This document shows, piece by piece, positions 8,831 to 18,224 of a stretch of 64,000 bases of DNA (position 1 is its first letter; each line of letters begins with the position of its first letter). The stretch lies in assembly GCA_022072225.1 (NCBI GenBank), contig JAJVIC010000007.1, positions 366,150 through 430,149 of the forward strand, read 5' to 3'. The translations under genes and the position numbers were made by a program. Below the pieces are notes generated by a model, which made no database searches, had not been told where the DNA came from, and was given only the letters and a program-made list of their open reading frames with translations. The stretch comes from Bacteroidia bacterium. Lineage in GTDB: Bacteria > Bacteroidota > Bacteroidia > SXHM01.

Positions 8831-10483
8831 TTATTGAAAAACAAGCTTTGTAGTATAAACACCTAGTGGAGTAGCCAAATTCAGCGAATAAAAACCGGAG
8901 GTTAATCCTAATGATTGTTGGCTCAACTGCAACTTTTGTTTCCCTTGAGTTACAGACACGGTTTGAGTATAAACCTCTCTTCCAAGGTTATCGGTTAAGC
9001 GCAATATACCTTCTGTAGCTTGCTCGCTATTAAATGATAGGTTTACCACATCACGCGAGGGATTTGGATAAACATTGAAATACGAAAACGGACTGTTTTC
9101 TTCCTTGACACCAATTGTTACAGGCTCTAATGTATGTTGTATATAGGTTACGTACATTTCATCTGCTGTGCTTAAACCAAATCCAACAGTATCAGGGCCT
9201 GGATTATTAAAGGTCGCCTCATGTATCAAACCTTCTGTCAAATCAACTTCCAGCAAGGGTTCAAAAGTACGGAAGGGTGGATGCGCCCAATCGTAATACC
9301 CTTGGTTAAATGTGTAGTCAACATTATAAAGCCCATTATAAATATGATCGCCCTTATCCCCATTTGCAGTCCGCATCCATACATCATAACCGGTACCTAA
9401 TTTATGGGTATGCGCCATCATTGACCAGATATACCAGGTCAAGTTGGTATCCGGGTAATACTGTTCTATCCTGTAAATAGAGTCCGGAAGGTTTGGATAA
9501 ATATGAAGGTTTAAAGGATCAGCACCTCCGTAATAAATCGGTGTTGAAATCATTTCGGCTTGGGCAGTTCCTACTGGTTGTGTATAAACATTAATATAAA
9601 ACTCAGCAGGCAAAATAGAATCAGTACTATAATTGGCAATATGATAATTGAGGTCTAAAACAGAGTTTGCCTCCCACGAAAAAGCAGTTCCTTCGGGCAA
9701 TACTAAATCCTGACTGTTTGGCCATTGGGCTATTATATTACTTGCATAGTAAACTCCGGCAGCATCTAAGATGGAGCCTACCGGTCGAAGGCCGGGAAGA
9801 AAAAATGTATCTAACCCGTCATTATATTTATAAAGTGCCGTGTGGTGTGACGATTCATTAATTGTAGTATTCAAACGATAAATTTCCTGTGCCTCTGACA
9901 GTTTTGTTTCATACTTATAAAAGTATTCAGCCTCTGAACTTGGGTTAAGGAAAAAGGGGCCATAATGTATTTGAAATCCTTCTGATACAGAAGGAGCGGC
10001 AGGGGCTTGAATGCGTGGCAATCCGGGTCCGTTATAATAGTCTGAAAGTATTTGAGTGTTTAAATATGACTCAGTAGGACCGGCACCAAATAAAATCCAT
10101 TGGCGAACCAATTCAATTTCTTCATAATCTAAATGAGGTAATCCGTCAGGCATGGCATTACCCATTGGAAGAGTAAGGTGTGTAACAGGGTCAATATCAT
10201 GGGATAGTTTTACAAATAAAAAACTTTTTTCGGGGTAGCCGGGCGCAACTAATTTCATTCCTTTTGAATTAGCCTCGGGGTTTACCGGATTTGTATTCAC
10301 CAATTCATTCCAAACATCGGTTTCGGTTCCTGATAGATTTAGCTGGCCGGAAGGGCTTCCTCCACTGTGGCAGCCTACTGTACAGTTAGCTTGCAACAGC
10401 GAATGAACCTGCTGAAAAGTAGATTGGGCAAATGAAGAAAAAACTGTTAATAATAAGGCAATTGTGGCGTAAAGTATTTTCAT
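8831..10483 (-). CDS. secreted protein with C-terminal T9SS type A sorting domain (Por_Secre_tail)
   Basis: signal peptide MKILYATIALLLTVFSSFAQS; C-terminal about 80 aa (VYPNPSRDVVNLSF...GFYSLNL...KLVFQ) matches the TIGR04183-type domain. Confidence 0.6.
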   Translation of the reverse strand: MKILYATIALLLTVFSSFAQSTFQQVHSLLQANCTVGCHSGGSPSGQLNLSGTETDVWNELVNTNPVNPEANSKGMKLVAPGYPEKSFLFVKLSHDIDPVTHLTLPMGNAMPDGLPHLDYEEIELVRQWILFGAGPTESYLNTQILSDYYNGPGLPRIQAPAAPSVSEGFQIHYGPFFLNPSSEAEYFYKYETKLSEAQEIYRLNTTINESSHHTALYKYNDGLDTFFLPGLRPVGSILDAAGVYYASNIIAQWPNSQDLVLPEGTAFSWEANSVLDLNYHIANYSTDSILPAEFYINVYTQPVGTAQAEMISTPIYYGGADPLNLHIYPNLPDSIYRIEQYYPDTNLTWYIWSMMAHTHKLGTGYDVWMRTANGDKGDHIYNGLYNVDYTFNQGYYDWAHPPFRTFEPLLEVDLTEGLIHEATFNNPGPDTVGFGLSTADEMYVTYIQHTLEPVTIGVKEENSPFSYFNVYPNPSRDVVNLSFNSEQATEGILRLTDNLGREVYTQTVSVTQGKQKLQLSQQSLGLTSGFYSLNLATPLGVYTTKLVFQ

Positions 10484-10589
10484 TTAACAAATTGGTTTAT
10501 GGGTTATTGAACAACCAAATGTATATCTTTTTTTGGTTTCGTGTAATTTGTTTTACATTAGCCGCATTATTAACCACAAAAAAACAAAA

Positions 10590-11453
10590 ATGATTAAAAA
10601 ACTACTATCAATTACATCTATTGCTTTGTTTTCAGTTTTTACTGTAACTGCACAAAGCACAGTTCCAAACGGGAACTTCGAATCATGGAGCGGACAAAAT
10701 GCTACCAGCTGGAATAACCTTAATGGCGTTGCTCCCGGTTCATGCACCAAAGCAACTGCAGGTGCGGATATCCATGGTGGTTCTGCTGCTATTATACTTA
10801 AAACATTATCAGTTTTAGGTAACACAGCTCCTGGAACTGCTGCAACCGGAACTATCAACCTTTTACAACAAACAGTTACAGGCGGTGTTGCATTTACAGA
10901 CCGTCCTGACTCACTAACAGGCTGGTATAAATATGCTCCTGTTGGTAATGATGCCGGTAACATTGTAGCTATTTTACTTACTGCAGACCCTGCAAGAGAT
11001 ACAGTAGGTATTGCAACATTTTTCCCTTCAGGAACTGTAAGCACCTATACTTATTTTAAAGCAGCCTTTGAATACCGTTTACCCGATGCTCCCACTCAAG
11101 CCCTTTTTATTATGGCATCAAGCGGTGCAACAGGTGGACAGGTTAACACCATGATGTATGTTGATGACCTTGGTGTTGTTTACAACCCAACAGTGGGTGT
11201 TGACGAAGCATTGGCTGATAAGATTGCGGTTTACCCCAATCCGGTTTCTGAAAACCTGTTTGTAAACATGGCAGGTATTCAGGGTGCGAATGTTTCCATT
11301 TTTGACATCACTGGTAAAAAAGTTGCGCAACACAACCTGACTGAAAAACTGAACAGCATTAATGTAGCTTCACTAGCAAACGGAATGTATGTTTATCAGG
11401 TTAGCAACAACGCTAAAGAAACCTTGAAAACAGGTAAGTTTATTGTGAAGTAA
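10590..11453 (+). CDS. secreted protein with C-terminal T9SS type A sorting domain
   Basis: start at the internal ATG (MIKKLLSITSIALFSVFTVTAQS signal peptide); C-terminus IAVYPNPVSENLFVNM...GMYVYQV...GKFIVK. Confidence 0.6.
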   Translation: MIKKLLSITSIALFSVFTVTAQSTVPNGNFESWSGQNATSWNNLNGVAPGSCTKATAGADIHGGSAAIILKTLSVLGNTAPGTAATGTINLLQQTVTGGVAFTDRPDSLTGWYKYAPVGNDAGNIVAILLTADPARDTVGIATFFPSGTVSTYTYFKAAFEYRLPDAPTQALFIMASSGATGGQVNTMMYVDDLGVVYNPTVGVDEALADKIAVYPNPVSENLFVNMAGIQGANVSIFDITGKKVAQHNLTEKLNSINVASLANGMYVYQVSNNAKETLKTGKFIVK

Positions 11454-11490
11454 TATCTTCAGCCTAACTCTCTCCAAAGAGGAGGGAATA

Positions 11491-11523
11491 AAAAGGGAAC
11501 CGAAATTCGGTTCCCTTTTTTGT
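11491..11523. terminator. rho-independent terminator
   Basis: AAAAAGGGAACCGAAATTCGGTTCCCTTTTTT perfect hairpin plus T-tract. Confidence 0.55.
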
Positions 11524-11531
11524 TTGGTTTG

Positions 11532-11615
11532 TTCGCCATTGCGAGGGTTTTTCACCCGAAGCAATCTCTTCTTTAATCTTATGAGATTGCTTCGCTTTGC
11601 TCGCAATGATGAACG
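11532..11615. repeat. REP family B copy (long inverted repeat CGCCATTGCGAGGG...AAGCAATCTC / GAGATTGCTTCG...CTCGCAATGATGAACG)
   Basis: shares the CATTGCGAG and AAGCAATCTC cores with 846-881; followed by a duplicated GGTTCCCTTTTTTGTTTG segment. Confidence 0.45.
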
Positions 11616-11721
11616 GTTCCCTTTTTTGTTTGCCATAATCCATATCTTTGCAACAAATTTGAGTAGCAGTTGTTACCAATACAATAACTAAATAAAACAA
11701 TCACTAATTCACGAAATAAAA

Positions 11722-12135
11722 ATGTATCCCGCAGAAATTGTAATCCCCATGAAAAAAGACCTGACCAATGCAGGTTTTACCGAACTTACCAATCCCGATG
11801 CAGTAGATGCTGCCATAAAATCAGAAGGCACAACGCTGGTTGTGGTAAACTCTGTTTGCGGTTGCGCGGCAGGCGCTGCCCGCCCGGGAGTTAAACTGGC
11901 TGTGCAGAATGCAGCAAAAAAGCCAACGCGCCTGACCACTGTTTTTGCCGGTTTTGATACCGAAGCAGTAGCCCGCGCCCGTCAGTATTTTTTGCCTTAT
12001 CCTCCTTCATCGCCCTCTGTGGCTTTGTTTAAAGACGGCAAATTGGTTCACTTCATTGAGCGCCACCATATAGAAGGCCGTTCGGCTGAAATGATTGCGC
12101 AAAACCTGCAATCGGCTTTTGACGAATATTGCTAG
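11722..12135 (+). CDS. BrxA/BrxB (YphP/YqiW, DUF1094) family bacilliredoxin
   Basis: 137 aa; thioredoxin-like VVNSVCGCAAG motif containing the family's CGC active site. Confidence 0.65.
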   Translation: MYPAEIVIPMKKDLTNAGFTELTNPDAVDAAIKSEGTTLVVVNSVCGCAAGAARPGVKLAVQNAAKKPTRLTTVFAGFDTEAVARARQYFLPYPPSSPSVALFKDGKLVHFIERHHIEGRSAEMIAQNLQSAFDEYC

Positions 12136-12162
12136 AATTTTAATTTTTCATTGTTGATATTA

Positions 12163-12196
12163 AAAAAGCAGAGCATACGTTCTGCTTTTTTATTTT
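12163..12196. terminator. rho-independent terminator
   Basis: AAAAAGCAGAGCATACGTTCTGCTTTTTTATTTT. Confidence 0.5.
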
Positions 12197-12211
12197 CACA
12201 TTTTTGCAGTC

Positions 12212-13510
12212 ATGATTACGGCAATCATTATCACCTTTATTCTCGGCTATGTGTGTATTGCTTTTGAGCATCCGCTTAAAATAAACAAAACCGCCAGTGC
12301 ATTGCTTACAGGAGTTACTTGTTGGGCAATTTATGCGCTTTCGGCTGTGGTTGGCGGTTCGCATGCTTCGCATGAAATAGTAGAACAACTCTCGCATCAC
12401 CTTGCGCCTATTGCTGAAATTCTCTTTTTTCTCATGGGTGCAATGACAATTGTAGAGTTGGTTGATACCCACCAGGGCTTTGCCATTATTACCAAACGAA
12501 TTACCACCCGCAATGCAGTTGCGTTGATGTGGATTATTTGTTTTGTTTCGTTTTTTCTCTCGGCTGTTTTAGATAATCTGACTACTACTATTGTTATGGT
12601 TTCACTGTTGCGGAAATTAGTTAGTAATCAGCAACAGCGTTTGCTCTATGTAGGTATGGTGGTTATTGCTGCCAATGCGGGCGGTGCCTGGAGTCCGATT
12701 GGTGATGTAACTACTACCATGCTCTGGATTGGCGGACAGGTTTCGGCTGCCAACATTATTAAAACACTTATTATTCCAAGTTTGGTTTGTATGCTTGTTC
12801 CATTGGTTATTATTTCGTTCAGATTAAAAGGAGCTATTGAACCGGACGAAATGAATATTTCAGGTGAAGAAGCAATTCCTGTTAAAGAAAGCAAGCTGAT
12901 GTTCTTTACCGGCTTGGGCGGTTTGTTGTTTGTTCCCGTGTTTAAAACCATAACCCACCTTCCGCCCTACATGGGTATGTTGCTATCGTTAGGTTTTATT
13001 TGGGTGGTTTCGGAAATCATCCATTATAACAAAGAGCCGGAAGACAAAAGTCCGTATTCGCCAACCCGAGCATTGCAGCGCATTGATATGCCAAGTGTAT
13101 TGTTCTTCCTCGGCATTTTGTTGGCAATAAGTTCGCTTGAGAGTTTGCACGTTTTAGAGCAGCTTGCCGTTTTTCTGAATGAGGCAATCGGTAATGAGGA
13201 TGTTATTGTTACGGTAATAGGTTTGCTGTCGGCTGTTATTGATAATGTGCCGCTGGTGGCAGCTTCCATGGGTATGTATCCTTTGGCGGAATATCCGATG
13301 GACCACAAGCTATGGGAGTTTATGGCTTATGCTGCCGGCACGGGTGGTTCGGCACTTATTATTGGCTCGGCTGCCGGAGTAGCTGCCATGGGCATGGAGA
13401 AGATTGATTTTATCTGGTACCTGAAAAAAATATCGTGGCTGGCTTTGTTGGGTTATTTTGCGGGTATTGTTGCCTACCTGTTGGTTTATCCGATATTTGC
13501 AGTGCATTAA
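12212..13510 (+). CDS. nhaD: NhaD/ArsB-superfamily Na+/H+ antiporter
   Basis: 432 aa polytopic membrane protein with 10 or more hydrophobic segments; size and composition match NhaD. Confidence 0.6.
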   Translation: MITAIIITFILGYVCIAFEHPLKINKTASALLTGVTCWAIYALSAVVGGSHASHEIVEQLSHHLAPIAEILFFLMGAMTIVELVDTHQGFAIITKRITTRNAVALMWIICFVSFFLSAVLDNLTTTIVMVSLLRKLVSNQQQRLLYVGMVVIAANAGGAWSPIGDVTTTMLWIGGQVSAANIIKTLIIPSLVCMLVPLVIISFRLKGAIEPDEMNISGEEAIPVKESKLMFFTGLGGLLFVPVFKTITHLPPYMGMLLSLGFIWVVSEIIHYNKEPEDKSPYSPTRALQRIDMPSVLFFLGILLAISSLESLHVLEQLAVFLNEAIGNEDVIVTVIGLLSAVIDNVPLVAASMGMYPLAEYPMDHKLWEFMAYAAGTGGSALIIGSAAGVAAMGMEKIDFIWYLKKISWLALLGYFAGIVAYLLVYPIFAVH

Positions 13511-13514
13511 CACA

Positions 13515-14270
13515 ATGGAACTTTTAACCGAACTCTTTTCGTCTGTTGATTTAAAAACGGGATTGTTTGTAATCCTGAACCTTGTTATTCTGGAGTGTTT
13601 ACTGAGCATTGACAATGCCGCGGTGCTGGCCACCATGGTATTGGATTTGCCCGAAAAGCAAAGGGGAAAAGCTTTGAAATACGGCATTATAGGTGCTTAT
13701 GCTTTTCGCGGTATCTGTTTGATTTTTGCTTCGTATCTTATTCAGTTTTTGTGGCTCAAAGCGGTAGGCGGCATTTTTCTTATCTGGCTGTGTGCCGATT
13801 ATTTTATTACCAAAAAAACACCCGAACCCGAAGACGATTTGCTGAGCAAAAAAGAAAACCGGCTTTATCGTTTTGTAAACAAACATTTCGGCAAATTCTG
13901 GTCAACCGTTGCGCTTATTGAGGTAATGGATTTAGCCTTTTCAATGGACAATGTATTTGTTGCCGTTGCCTTTTCCGATAATATTTATCTGATTTGGATT
14001 GGTGTTTTCATAGGCATACTGGCCATGCGATTTGTAGCGCAGGGTTTTGTAAAGCTGCTTGAAAAGTTTCCTGAATTAACGGCCGTTGCCTTTATTGTTA
14101 TCGGTATTTTGGGTGTAAAGCTGGTGGCTTCTTTCGGTTGCGATTTTTATCCCGAATACGGTTTCTGCCAGTTCCTGAACGGACACAATGCCGACATGAT
14201 TATTTCGGCAGGAACGGTGGTGCTGTTTCTGGCACCGGTGGTTTTCAGGCTTATTATTAAAAAGAAATAA
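13515..14270 (+). CDS. TerC family integral membrane protein
   Basis: the SIDNAAVLA and SMDNVFVAVAF pair of conserved D-N motifs is typical of the TerC family; start taken at the ATG at 13515 (MELLTELF). Confidence 0.6.
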   Translation: MELLTELFSSVDLKTGLFVILNLVILECLLSIDNAAVLATMVLDLPEKQRGKALKYGIIGAYAFRGICLIFASYLIQFLWLKAVGGIFLIWLCADYFITKKTPEPEDDLLSKKENRLYRFVNKHFGKFWSTVALIEVMDLAFSMDNVFVAVAFSDNIYLIWIGVFIGILAMRFVAQGFVKLLEKFPELTAVAFIVIGILGVKLVASFGCDFYPEYGFCQFLNGHNADMIISAGTVVLFLAPVVFRLIIKKK

Positions 14271-14279
14271 GTTCGGCTT

Positions 14280-15524
14280 TTATTTTTTTACTACGCGCTG
14301 AGTAAATGTTTCCCCTTCCGATGAAACTAAATTCAGGAGGTATAATCCTTTTGGAAAAATACTCAAATCAATAGCCTGATTTGTTGCCGCAATCTGTTTC
14401 TGAATCAATAGCACACCTTTAGCATCCGTTACATTCAGGGTTAATTGCTGCACCGCAAAACCCGAAGCAAAGCTGAGGTTAATAATCCCCTCAGTCGGGT
14501 TTGGAAACACTACTAATTCTGCATTCTTAATTCCTAATTCTGCATTTATACCCGTTGTATTAACATACTCGGTAGCTCCACCCGGAATGGTGTTATGTCC
14601 GCCTCCCGGACCGGTATTCCCGCTTTGTACCGTACCATAATAATACTTACCAACCGTGTATGGGTAAACCGGAATTAAATCCTCATCTACCGTTACAAAA
14701 TAGGCATACGTACCACCGGGATATTCGGGCGTAACACATACGCGCCCGTTGTATTCGTCCAAATGCCCAAGCCCCTGCACATACTCATAGTCTTCTATGT
14801 ATTTACCCAATGGATAAGTAGTGTTAATGGCCGGGCCGTATTGTCCCGCAGTTAAAACCGTTCCGTCAGCCAGCGTGGTGCGGTCGGTAATAGAACGCAG
14901 GCGGTAGCCCGTTTCCATGCGTACAATACCACCGCTGCCATCGCTGTTGGCATAGCCGTAAGCCCCGTAAATAGGAAACCCGTCAAACGCATAACCGATA
15001 ATGGGTGAGTGGGCAGAAGAATTCTGGTCGTCATACAAACAGGTAGGGTTAACATGATGATGATACTCACCGTTGGGAGCCGGATGCCCCAGACAATCGT
15101 CAAAACTTGCACCCTCATTAGGCAGCGCATCCTGATTCCATATACCCTGATTGTTGTAAGAGAAGGCATCTTTGGCATTGAAAATACTCACTCCGTTGCT
15201 CCATACGCCAATATGGCCAAGCCCTGTAGCGGTTTTAGTACCTGTGTTTTCCTGCGGGTTGCGCGTTATCTTGAAAACAAAATTCTGGTTGGCAGGTGTG
15301 TTGGGGTTACCCGTCCAGGGGCCAATATCATAACCCGGAATGCAGGTAGCCGAAACATATACATCCGTTGTGGTATAATGCACGCTCTGTACATTGCTGG
15401 CAATATTATTATAACCTGTTTCGCCTGAGGTGTTCAGTATCCACGAAGTTATTTCGGGAGTTTGTGCGGTGGAAGTCAGAAGCTGGAGGCTGGAAGTCAG
15501 AAGCAGGAAGAGTAGTTTTTTCAT
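14280..15524 (-). CDS. YHYH-like domain protein with C-terminal T9SS type A sorting domain
   Basis: signal peptide; GEYHHHVNPTC motif; C-terminus VVFPNPTEGIINLSF...GLYLLNLV...QRVVKK. Confidence 0.5.
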   Translation of the reverse strand: MKKLLFLLLTSSLQLLTSTAQTPEITSWILNTSGETGYNNIASNVQSVHYTTTDVYVSATCIPGYDIGPWTGNPNTPANQNFVFKITRNPQENTGTKTATGLGHIGVWSNGVSIFNAKDAFSYNNQGIWNQDALPNEGASFDDCLGHPAPNGEYHHHVNPTCLYDDQNSSAHSPIIGYAFDGFPIYGAYGYANSDGSGGIVRMETGYRLRSITDRTTLADGTVLTAGQYGPAINTTYPLGKYIEDYEYVQGLGHLDEYNGRVCVTPEYPGGTYAYFVTVDEDLIPVYPYTVGKYYYGTVQSGNTGPGGGHNTIPGGATEYVNTTGINAELGIKNAELVVFPNPTEGIINLSFASGFAVQQLTLNVTDAKGVLLIQKQIAATNQAIDLSIFPKGLYLLNLVSSEGETFTQRVVKK

Positions 15525-15664
15525 TTCGTTTTTTGGTTTGCGGGTTTGACTTGGTTCAAAACAATACGTTTAATCAACGGCACAAAAATGAAAAACGCAA
15601 CCGGTGGTTGCGTTACAGAATTTTGAAAAAGAGTTATAAGATTTTACATAAAAACATAAAACCG

Positions 15665-15672
15665 TATTTTTG
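15665..15672 (+). promoter_or_regulatory. candidate Bacteroidetes sigma-A -7 box (TATTTTTG, consensus TAnnTTTG)
   Basis: located 14 bp upstream of the mntA ATG. Confidence 0.25.
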
Positions 15673-15685
15673 CAAGTATTAAACC

Positions 15686-15985
15686 ATGCTGACCAAACAA
15701 AACATAATGCAGTTTCTTACTGAAAACAAAGAGTATTTCAGGAAAGAATTCCATGTTTCCAAAATCGGCCTCTTTGGTTCCTTTGCCCGTGGCGAACAAC
15801 GCTCAGACAGCGACATTGATATATTAATTGAGTTAGAAACCGATACACAAAACATCTACGACCTGAAATGGGAATTGCGGGAGTATTTGCAGAAAAAATT
15901 AAACCGTAATGTGGATGTGTGTACTGAGAAATATATCAAATCATTTGCAAAAGAAATGGTTTTAAGAGATGCCATTTACGCCTGA
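15686..15985 (+). CDS. mntA: nucleotidyltransferase antitoxin (MntA-like) of a type VII HepT/MntA TA pair
   Basis: GLFGSFARGE...SDIDILIE minimal nucleotidyltransferase motifs; 99 aa; overlaps the downstream HEPN gene by 17 bp. Confidence 0.75.
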   Translation: MLTKQNIMQFLTENKEYFRKEFHVSKIGLFGSFARGEQRSDSDIDILIELETDTQNIYDLKWELREYLQKKLNRNVDVCTEKYIKSFAKEMVLRDAIYA

Positions 15986-16316
15986 AAACAATAAACTGGC
16001 TTTGCTCTCCATGTTGGAAGCTATTCAGAAAATTGAAAAATTTTCTTCCGACCTTGAAACATGGCAAGACCTTAAAAATGATTTAGAATCGTTTGATGCC
16101 TGCCTTTTGAATTTTGTAATTATTGGCGAAATGGTGTTGCGCTTAGAACCGGATTTTATGAGTTCTCATCCTGAAATAGAATGGCATAAAATACGCGGCT
16201 TTCGAAATTTAGTGGCACACGACTACTTCGGAATTGACCCTGAAGAGGTATGGGGAATTATTGAAAATAAAATTCCGCAACTAAAAACTTTTATCACAAA
16301 ATTTATAGAACAGTAG
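15969..16316 (+). CDS. hepT: HepT-like HEPN-domain toxin (DUF86)
   Basis: R-x4-HxY motif as RNLVAHDY; 115 aa; translationally coupled to mntA. Confidence 0.75.
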   Translation: MPFTPENNKLALLSMLEAIQKIEKFSSDLETWQDLKNDLESFDACLLNFVIIGEMVLRLEPDFMSSHPEIEWHKIRGFRNLVAHDYFGIDPEEVWGIIENKIPQLKTFITKFIEQ

Positions 16317-16319
16317 GTC

Positions 16320-17012
16320 TTAAACCCCTACCGCACTCAGCACCGAACGGAAAATAAACAGCCCGTCAGTATTGCTCAGCAATGCGTCTGAAGCACGCTC
16401 AGGGTGAGGCATCATACCAAACACATTGCGTCCTTGGTTACAAACACCGGCAATATTTTCAAACGAACCGTTGGGGTTGGCCTCGTCTGTAATGTTTCCG
16501 TTCTCATCGCAGTAGCGGAAAAGAATTTGTTGGTTAGCATTCATCTTTTTCAGCGTATCGGCATCGGCATAAAAGCGGCCCTCGCCATGCGCAATAGGTA
16601 TTTTCAGTGCTTTGTTCAGCGGAACCTCAGCCGTTACCAACGAGTCGTTTGTTTCGGCTTTAATAAAAACATTCTTGCAGATAAACTTATGGCTGGTATT
16701 GTGCAGCAAAGCCCCCGGAACCAAATGCGCCTCACACAAAATCTGAAAACCATTGCAAACACCCAAAAGGTAACCGCCTGCATTGGCATGTTCAATCACC
16801 TTTTCCATAATAGGCGAGAAGCGTGCAATAGCTCCCGAACGCAAATAATCACCGTAAGAAAAACCTCCGGGCAATACAATAAAATCGCAGCCCTTCAGGT
16901 CTTTATCTTTGTGCCAAAGTTCCTCTACTTGTTGCCCCATCACATTGCGAAGGGTATAAATCATGTCTTGGTCGCAGTTAGAACCCGGGAATATTACAAC
17001 ACCAAATTTCAT
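16320..17012 (-). CDS. purQ: phosphoribosylformylglycinamidine synthase subunit PurQ (glutaminase)
   Basis: [17 protein letters not shown]-terminus; class I glutamine amidotransferase catalytic Cys (GVCNGFQ) and the HPE triad region. Confidence 0.9.
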   Translation of the reverse strand: MKFGVVIFPGSNCDQDMIYTLRNVMGQQVEELWHKDKDLKGCDFIVLPGGFSYGDYLRSGAIARFSPIMEKVIEHANAGGYLLGVCNGFQILCEAHLVPGALLHNTSHKFICKNVFIKAETNDSLVTAEVPLNKALKIPIAHGEGRFYADADTLKKMNANQQILFRYCDENGNITDEANPNGSFENIAGVCNQGRNVFGMMPHPERASDALLSNTDGLFIFRSVLSAVGV

Positions 17013-17070
17013 TTTCTAATAGTTTTATGCCGCAAATTTATCGTTTTGTTAGTCACACAGTAAAAAATAG

Positions 17071-17136
17071 TTGCCTCAGATTCGCAGATTTTAGAACGAT
17101 AGAGATAAACAATATTAATCTGTAAATCTGTGGCAA
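17071..17136. repeat. imperfect palindrome TTGCCTCAGATTCGCAGATT-N26-AATCTGTAAATCTGTGGCAA in the divergent purQ and MORN-repeat gene promoter region
   Basis: same 20-bp arm sequence recurs as a perfect palindrome at 25965-26023. Confidence 0.4.
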
Positions 17137-17234
17137 CTTTAAACATTAATAAGGTGTTTTCTACTATTCGTCTAAAGCAGGTAACTAAATAGATAATCAT
17201 CAGTAAAACGCCTTTGATAAATTTGAACCACAAT

Positions 17235-18161
17235 ATGAAGTTTCTACAAGCCATCGTTTTTTTATTGTTCAGTATCACTGCTTTTTCGCAAACTTCCGAA
17301 ACCTATAAAGGCAAAAAGGTAAACGAAAAAGATGCTGCCGGACAAAAACAAGGACATTGGGTAATCCTCAATACAGGCGGAAAATTTCCGGGTTTTGCCG
17401 AAGGCGAATTGGTAGAAGAAGGCGACTACTTGGACAATAAAAAAATAGGCATCTGGACAAAATACTACCCCGGAGGAGTAAAAAAACATGAACTAACTTT
17501 TACGAACAATCAGCCTAACGGCTATGCCAAATTTTATTACAAAGATGGCACTTTGCAGGAAGAAGGCATGTGGAAAGACAATAAATGGGTTGGAGAATAC
17601 CGCTACTATCACGAGAACGGAAACCTTTTCTACAATTGGGTTTACAATGCACAAGGCAAACGTGAAGGCACACAACAGTACTTTCACGAAAACGGTAACC
17701 TGATGATTGAAGGTAACTGGAAAGAAGGTGCTGAAAGTGGTTTATTGAAAGAATACTACGAGAACGGTTCAGTAAAAGCTGAGAAAAATTTTACCACCGG
17801 AAAAATTGAACCTGCCACCGTTAAAAATTATGAAATAAGTAAACAGTTTGATGATGCAGCACCCAAAGCTAAAAAGCTTGCCGAAAGTATCAGGCAACAA
17901 CATCAGACCAAAATTGCAAGTGCGTCAGCCGGAACAAACATCTCTGTTGCTAAAGAAGAAAAAGCCGCAAACGTAGGTATGATTGGTGACGGACAAAAAA
18001 CCACTTACAACAAATTCGGGAAGCCTCTGCTGTCGGGAAATTTTAAAAACAGTATGCTTATTGACGGCAAAGAACATGTGTATGCCGAAGACGGAACTTA
18101 CCTCAAAACCTATATTGTTAAAGAAGGAAAACGTGTAAGTGAAGAAGTGAATAAGCCATAG
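17235..18161 (+). CDS. MORN-repeat (YwqK-like) secreted protein
   Basis: signal peptide MKFLQAIVFLLFSITAFSQ; repeated G-x-W-x-x-YY-x-NG-x-L units (for example KEYYENGSVKAEKNF, YYHENGNLFYNW). Confidence 0.6.
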   Translation: MKFLQAIVFLLFSITAFSQTSETYKGKKVNEKDAAGQKQGHWVILNTGGKFPGFAEGELVEEGDYLDNKKIGIWTKYYPGGVKKHELTFTNNQPNGYAKFYYKDGTLQEEGMWKDNKWVGEYRYYHENGNLFYNWVYNAQGKREGTQQYFHENGNLMIEGNWKEGAESGLLKEYYENGSVKAEKNFTTGKIEPATVKNYEISKQFDDAAPKAKKLAESIRQQHQTKIASASAGTNISVAKEEKAANVGMIGDGQKTTYNKFGKPLLSGNFKNSMLIDGKEHVYAEDGTYLKTYIVKEGKRVSEEVNKP

Positions 18162-18191
18162 AATAATTGTCTGAAAAAATTCCGTTCCTTT

Positions 18192-18222
18192 GAAGTCCTT
18201 TTTTAAAAGGACTTTTTTATTG
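18192..18222. terminator. rho-independent terminator
   Basis: AAGTCCTTTTTTAAAAGGACTTTTTTATT. Confidence 0.45.
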
Positions 18223-18224
18223 TT

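Noticed and set aside
9400-10480. Possible c-type cytochrome in the 8831-10483 protein (NCTVGCHSGG)
   Set aside because: The motif is C-x3-CH rather than canonical CxxCH and occurs only once. Insufficient for a heme-binding call.
12140-12472. 110-aa minus-strand ORF overlapping the nhaD 5' region; also 12646-12951, 13024-13308 and 13310-13687 on the minus strand
   Set aside because: All lie antisense within the NhaD/TerC membrane-protein genes. Cys- and Arg-rich nonsense composition.
15470-15510. Short tandem duplication AGTCAGAAGCTGGAGGCTGGAAGTCAGAAGCAGGAAG at the 5' end of the YHYH gene
   Set aside because: It lies within the signal-peptide coding region and merely duplicates LLTSSLQ. Likely a trivial slippage duplication.
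16404-17063. 219-aa plus-strand ORF opposite purQ
   Set aside because: Antisense to purQ, which has unmistakable GATase motifs.
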